Source: Perkinsus chesapeaki ATCC PRA-425 (taxonomy: Eukaryota > Protista > Perkinsozoa). From it: a stretch of 64,000 nt of DNA. Location: the NCBI GenBank assembly GCA_013115145.1, contig JAAPAO010000024.1, forward strand, positions 64,370 to 128,369, read 5' to 3'. The notes below the pieces were generated by a model. It saw only the letters and a list, made by a program, of their open reading frames with translations, had not been told where the DNA came from and did not search any database. The translations under genes were made by a program, and so were the position numbers. Positions 58,367 to 64,000 of the stretch are shown here, in pieces. Every line of letters starts with the position of its first letter. Within the stretch, counting starts at the first letter, position 1.

Positions 58367-61300
58367 ATGACATCATCGGCAACTGCTGCTATAGATCGTC
58401 GATCCAGACCCTTTGGCCCGGGGTTTACGTATGTTAATGGTATCCATGCTTCGAGGGCCCCTCGTCGTGATGTACAGTACTTACGGTTATATAACAGTGG
58501 TGACTACGACCACATACCAGCCTCCATACGGCCGTATTATATCCTTTCCCTTATGAAGGATGGCCACTCTCGATCATCCCTGAAAAGGAATCGGGGAGAT
58601 TCAGACGAGGAGGGGTCACCGTCGGCAACCTCGGAGAAATCCATTGAAGAGGCGGAGGAAGTTGAGGAGGCCCCTGTGAGGAAGAGACGAAGGACCAGTA
58701 GCATGCTCTCGGAGGTCTCTGCATTAGAGGAACCCGAGCAGGTGGCGGACTCAGATCAAGTGAGTATTCTATATACGGGCTTTGAGAAGTGGCTGTGTGG
58801 GACAGGTGTGTTCGGTTACGTCTTTGGGCTCAACAGCAGCCGCGTTCAACACTGATGCTGACGATACTGCATTCGAAAGCCCTCGGAGTCACATCGATCG
58901 GCCATCCTTCCTAGGAGATGTTGGCGATATTGCCGATAGTCGACCACAGCTGGAACCTGTTGAAGAGGAGAGCGAAGGAGAGGAAGAGGTATTTTTAATA
59001 GATAATTCTCGTATTATGCAGAGGCCATCTGTTTAGGAGGAGCACGGCTCCCGCTCTTCAGCAGCTTCGCCATCAGTGGTCTCCGTTGGGTCTGACACTT
59101 CGCAACTGAGCACGCCGATCCGGAGTTCTGAATCCGAGGGTACCCACACGGAGGGAAGCGTCGGTATCGGTGAGGCGGTAGAGGCTTTGGACGAGCACTT
59201 CGAGGAAGCATCGACGAGATCGACCGATGAGGAGGAATCTATTGAAGAAGTTGTCGAGCCAACGAGTGAAGAAGATGAGGAGGAGGAGGCACTACGTCGT
59301 GATGAAGGAGACTGGGAAGAGTTAGAGTCCACAGAGGAGGCTATTGTGCCGTCGAGTGATGAAGGGGAGAATCTACCCTTTGAGGATGAGGAGATGGAAG
59401 ACGTTGAAATGGAGGACGTGGAGCTAGGCTCGCATGATAGTGACTCGGAAGCTCTAGAGGTCGAGTCAAAAGCGAGCGATGGCAGTGGGGAGGATGCCAC
59501 TCCCCACGAGGAGGAGCACACGCCGGAGTCGGCAGTCGAAAGTCCTCGGTCTCAAATCAAGAGCGATGAGGAGGTGGACGGAACGAAGACGCCTACAGCG
59601 GATTCCCTCCTGGAATATCATCTAGTCGAAGAGTCTGATGCGATAGGCTCACCATCCGAGTCCGTTCAGTTTTCTCCCGATGAGGATGGGGAACAGCCTG
59701 AGAGCCCACTCGGCAGCAGACCGATCGACCCTAGGGAGAGCTTGAGCGTTGATCTGGACGATCTTCACGAAGAGTCCGATGGTGAGCGTGGCTCGCATGT
59801 TGATAAACAAGAAAGAGAACTGGCGGAGGAGGAGGAACCGATTACGAGCGCTACTCCAGCGGAGAGGGCTACCCAGCGAGATGATGCACAATCTGAGCAT
59901 GAGGCAGAAGAGAGCCGTAAGACTTGATGCCACTGTGGAGATAGTCTCAACAGCTTCATGGTGATCAGGTGAGGTTCAGGACACTGCCGTGGCTGACGGC
60001 GGCGAGACGGAGGACATTCCGAAATCAGCAGCTGGTCGGCCCCTTCGCCGAGCGGCAATCGCTGCCCTCGATATGATCCACTCTGAGATATCTGCTTTCA
60101 GTAGGCGACGAGCTTTTTATTAGACAAGGATGTATCCTTTCTCAGCTCGCCCTTATCATTATCATACCCATGATGTTCCATCTCATACCGAAGGTTCCAA
60201 GGAGCAGAGCCCGAAGGTAGACGTAACACCTCACACTCCTCACGCTCCTATCCGTATACTTTGTATGGTCGTCTGTTATGCAGGCGGAATCGTCTCCCGC
60301 TAGAACTAGTCCTAGGAGACGAAGCCCGAAGAAGGAGAGACCGACAGAAGGTAACCCCAGTTCATTGAGACTTCTCAGCGCAACTCTTAACAGAGCCTGC
60401 CCAAGAAGAAGTTTCGGTGTCAAGTGATGAAGTTTCATCAGCGGCAAGCTCAGTGGAGTCTCCTGAGAAGATGATTGATGCGGGTACGTCTCTTGGTCGA
60501 TACCGTAGGCGTGGTAACGTGAATAACGCATTAAGGGTCTGCTTTCGCAGCAAGCCCGCTGGGGACTGCGGTTGGAAAGAGGAGATCCCCTCCAAAAGAC
60601 TCTCAACGAAGCTACGTCCCTTCCGAAGGCTCCTCAGACACTAGTAGAACGGTCCTCTATACTAATGTGCTGGTGATGCCTCACCACTCAGGCTCTGTTG
60701 TCGAGGACTTACCATCCACGCCTACCTCTAGCCTGGAGCCGATACCGATGACTCCTGCTCCTAAGCGGGCTAATAAGGTAGCCTAGACTAACCGCTATAT
60801 TGGTGGGAAGGGGACTATCTTCAGCGTGGTGGAAGGCTCACCCAACTCTCACGTTCCCCAACAATACGGAGAACAACTAGAGCAAGCGCACTGGAGGCCA
60901 AGAATCGTATCCACGAGCTGGGTAGCAAGTTGAGAATCACTTTTAGTTGGAATGGTTCTTTTTAGCGGGTGGCCGGGGAACTACGGCCCATAATGCAGAC
61001 GAATCTCAAGGTAAGTTGCCAAGCACTCGTTTGCACTTGACTCTTCCTCAGAGGAGCATCTTGCTTCCGGTTCTGCACTTCTTAATGCTATAGAAGAGGA
61101 TCGTGTTCGTGGCATGTATGAGAAGTCGATCAGCCCACAAGGCACTGCTTCCATGAAGTCACGTGATTTGCACGTCCCACCATCGATTGATCCTCCTGTA
61201 TTCCATCAAGTAGATAACGAAGCCAATGAGAGTGTAAGCTAGACTTGCCTCAACAGCGGAAATATCCTACTTTTGAAGGTTTTGGAAGGGGTCGCTGAAG

Positions 61301-61747
61301 TCGAGGATTCTCAACCAGTTAGACAATCAGCGTAAGCCCTATTTGGAACGCCTAGCAGAACATGTTTCGCCAGTCGTCTTCAGGCCAAGGCACAAAATGG
61401 CAGCTCAGCTGCTTCCTCGTCCAACCCTTCTCCGGAGAAGCCGAGGTGAGATTTATGCTTTTTTTAAATCGTACCTAACTTTATCAGTAGAAGAGGTCGA
61501 TCTTCGGCCTCACGGAGCGCCCCTTCGGAAGCTACTACCCCCACAAAGTCTCGGTAAAGTGCAAAAAGCTGATTGACGTAATGACCGTCTTATGATTAGG
61601 AAACGACCAGCCTCTGCGGCAGCGAAGTCCAAGACAAAAGCTAAGAAAGGTCAGCTTGCAGCCATCCCAGAGGAGGACTCTGTTGAAGAGGAAGATCAGA
61701 CTAAACGGCTAAGACGAGGTGGCCGTAGCAAAGCAGGAGCACGTTGA
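58367..61747 (+). CDS. Large Glu/Ser-rich low-complexity protein, probably nuclear (multi-exon)
   Basis: Long acidic exons (for example 59038-59924) and basic clusters RKRRR and KSKTKAKK. No family recognised. Confidence 0.62.
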
Positions 61748-61990
61748 TTACCTCGATAATGCTTAGTATGGATCATCTGCGTAACGTTACTGTTTCATTA
61801 ATAGTCCGAGGAATGTTTTGTAATGTCACATTTCCGGGAAGTACTACCGAGTTTGAGTTACCCTTGCTGGATCACAATGCGCAGTCTATCGATTAAAATG
61901 GCGAGCGCTACTGTGAATTTCCGGCTCGACTGAAGTCTTTGATGTTGAATGTTGTAGTTAATCTGTATCAGTGTAAAGTTTTGTGTAAAG

Positions 61991-62774
61991 ATGGATATGA
62001 GCAGCTCCCTTCCTCCTCTATCAAACGACTGTTTCCCTAACCAGTTGATGCATGGGGAGCGTCCGGTTCAGGAAAATGTTGGAATGAGGCATCCTGTGGA
62101 GGAGATGCAGAAGAAAAGTCTTATTAACTCGGAGGTACTCTACGGTCTCACTATCCCTGTATTCCAACGGCTGTCATTGGATGCTCTTTTAGACCCGTAC
62201 TCTCGAATCTGCCTCTGTAATGTTTGGTATGAACATGCCTAGTAGGATGCTTATGGAGCGTAACCTACTCAGTACCTTCCAGCGACTCCCTGGAGCCGGA
62301 CCGTAATAACAACCCACGCACTATCCGTCACTATTTGTAGCTACAAATCATTCTGGTTATTCTTAGTTCAAGCCTACTTGGTCTGGAGACAGTCATGGGA
62401 TTGAATGATACTATTGAGGCAGCTGATTACATGAACCGTACTATAGAGGGATGGGAGGAGGCTGCCGTTTCGAGAGTGCCACGCGTTAATCCCATCACAT
62501 TCATCTAGCCTGTTTATTCCCCATAGAGTAATGTTGACAAGTGCTGTTCTGTGAAAGCAAACTTCACCTGCTCTCGATGGTGATCAGTTGTTCCCTATAC
62601 AATACGATTTGTATTATATGCCGTAACGTTGCTGGCGCATTTCTCTGAGGCCATCAACATACGCGTCTGGGAGTCACTCTTCAAGTGTTTGTTTTGTCAG
62701 TCCCACAGAACTCTCCCTTGCCTCGTGTAAACAAGTCTGTTCACGAGCAGATGGAGCAAAAGCTCAATATGTGA
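61991..62774 (+). CDS. POMP: Proteasome maturation factor UMP1/POMP
   Basis: HPVEEMQKK, FGMNMPSRMLMERNLLSTFQRLPG, LGLETVMGLNDTIEAADYMN and C-terminal VHEQMEQKLNM*. Confidence 0.8.
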
Positions 62775-62954
62775 AGGAGCTCAATATGTGAGATCTGAAA
62801 TACCGAGCGAACATTCTAGGACTAGTTTCAATGCATCGAGGTTTGTTCGTGTTGAGTACTACCCAGCTCAGTGAAGGTCAACTTAGTCGGAGAGGATTCA
62901 ATCTGAGCTTTGAACATTGTAATCTAGTTTTCCCTACGTTGGGTTGTGGTCCCC

Positions 62955-63937
62955 ATGTCGGATCCAGAGGATAACGTCTCGGCGTACAGTGAGCCTCGTC
63001 GAGGACGACATCCGTCTCGGTCTAGGAGTCGCTCTGGCAGAAAATCGGAGGCTAAGTTGTTGCCAAATCCGCAAGCGACTTTGAGTATTACACCGGGTCG
63101 CGACAATACATGCCATTTGTGGAGAGATACAGGGAAGTGTCGGTACGGTGATATGTGCAAGTTCGAGCATGTAGGGGGAGGACGGGGTACGGTTCGAAGC
63201 AGAGTCGATCATGCTGATATTCCAACACCGAAACACCCTCTAGTGCAAATCTTAGAGAGATGCGACTTACCGAATGTGGATGTAGTTTCCCCGGTTGCAA
63301 CTCCACCTGCGAATTCTCAGACTGGTACTGTAGAGCAGGTTGAAACTGTCCCGGTAAATACACCGTTACAAGCCGCAGGGGATATAGTTGATGTTTATCC
63401 AGCTAAGCTGAAGTTCGGCGAGAAGAGTAGGGTGGTTCGGTTGGACGGACACATTACTGTTGGGGAGATCCTATCGAAGTATGGTTCGAAGTCTGGATTG
63501 AATGTCTGCAAGGACAAGGATGGTGTTGAATTGGATCACGACCTAACACTAACGCAAGTAATACAATCACTGGGCTGCAGGCGTTCTATCTGGAAGGCCT
63601 GTAGCTCAATCACATAGCCCGCTGATTGTTAGTCGTTGTCGGAATAGCAGGTTGTATAAACGTTCGAAATCAGATTCGTGCATTGGCGGAGTGTAAGGAT
63701 GCTTCGGACGTTGTACCCTTGGACTTGGCCGCTGAAGAAGAATGGTGAAGATAGCACTCTTCATTGCCACATCGATAATATTTTCTAGAATGCCTCAAAG
63801 AGTCTCCGAGTTGTTTGAATTGTGGAAGTCGCGGTGGGCAACCGTCCATGGCTCATAATACCATCGCTTCAAGCACCGAGCAACAGGACCGACTGTCTGA
63901 GTTTATGAAACGGTTTGATCCTGCTTCTGGCCGATAA
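62955..63937 (+). CDS. CCCH zinc-finger protein with an RS-rich N-terminus (multi-exon; 3' end tentative)
   Basis: CHLWRDTGKCRYGDMCKFEH fits C-x8-C-x5-C-x3-H. RSRSRSGR lies upstream. Confidence 0.7.
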
Positions 63938-63967
63938 GTTCGTCAAAGAGTCAAATTCCGCACTAAG

Positions 63968-64000
63968 CGACGGCAGCAGGAATCGAACCTGCGCAGGCTG
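63968..64000 (-). tRNA. 3' part of a long-variable-arm tRNA, probably tRNA-Ser (truncated by the window edge)
   Basis: The reverse complement CAGCCTGCGCAGGTTCGATTCCTGCTGCCGTCG gives a 5-bp T-stem, a 7-nt acceptor strand and a G discriminator. The anticodon is outside the window. Confidence 0.8.

Noticed and set aside
62761-62791. 14-bp direct repeat agctcaatatgtga at the POMP stop codon as a CRISPR-like repeat or target-site duplication
   Set aside because: Only two copies 3 nt apart. This fits a simple local slippage duplication.
63968-64000. Terminal tRNA fragment as tRNA-Sec, given the selenoprotein gene
   Set aside because: It has the canonical 5-bp T-stem plus 7-bp acceptor layout, not the 4+9 layout of eukaryotic tRNA-Sec.
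1-64000. Prokaryotic or phage interpretation (operons, defence systems, CRISPR)
   Set aside because: Conserved proteins are split by spliceosomal introns throughout, and the families are eukaryotic (kinesin, BAF60, POMP, CstF).

Overview
This is intron-rich eukaryotic DNA, inferred to be from an alveolate and most consistent with Perkinsus. The evidence is many roughly 40-60 nt GT-AG introns, tightly packed and mostly co-oriented genes, secreted subtilisin and cathepsin C families, and a dinoflagellate-style plastid leader. Most entries in the ORF track are exon fragments or antisense shadows, so gene models were spliced by hand. Family calls rest on motifs recognised from memory, not on database searches. 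Genes in order: two tandem cathepsin C-like genes, an ankyrin protein, a plastid-type M16 stromal processing peptidase (SPP), a selenoprotein H gene (in-frame UGA plus 3'UTR SECIS, missed by the ORF track), a serpin, an RRM-less CstF-64-like gene, a FUSC/ALMT-like transporter, an FkbM methyltransferase, a multi-domain glycosyltransferase, two DUF6259-like paralogs, a ZIP4/TEX11-like gene, acetoacetyl-CoA synthetase, an apyrase, OSCP1, a kinesin, an RCC1-repeat protein, a BAF60-like gene, an acidic low-complexity protein, POMP/UMP1, a CCCH protein and a partial tRNA-Ser. The first cathepsin C gene carries an intact but catalytically dead, intronless subtilisin nested antisense in a 2.1 kb intron. 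The ZIP4-like gene has tRNA-Gly and tRNA-His inside its introns. The SPP-SelH-serpin block was tandemly duplicated and then lost genes reciprocally. No rRNA, CRISPR array or convincing mobile element was seen.
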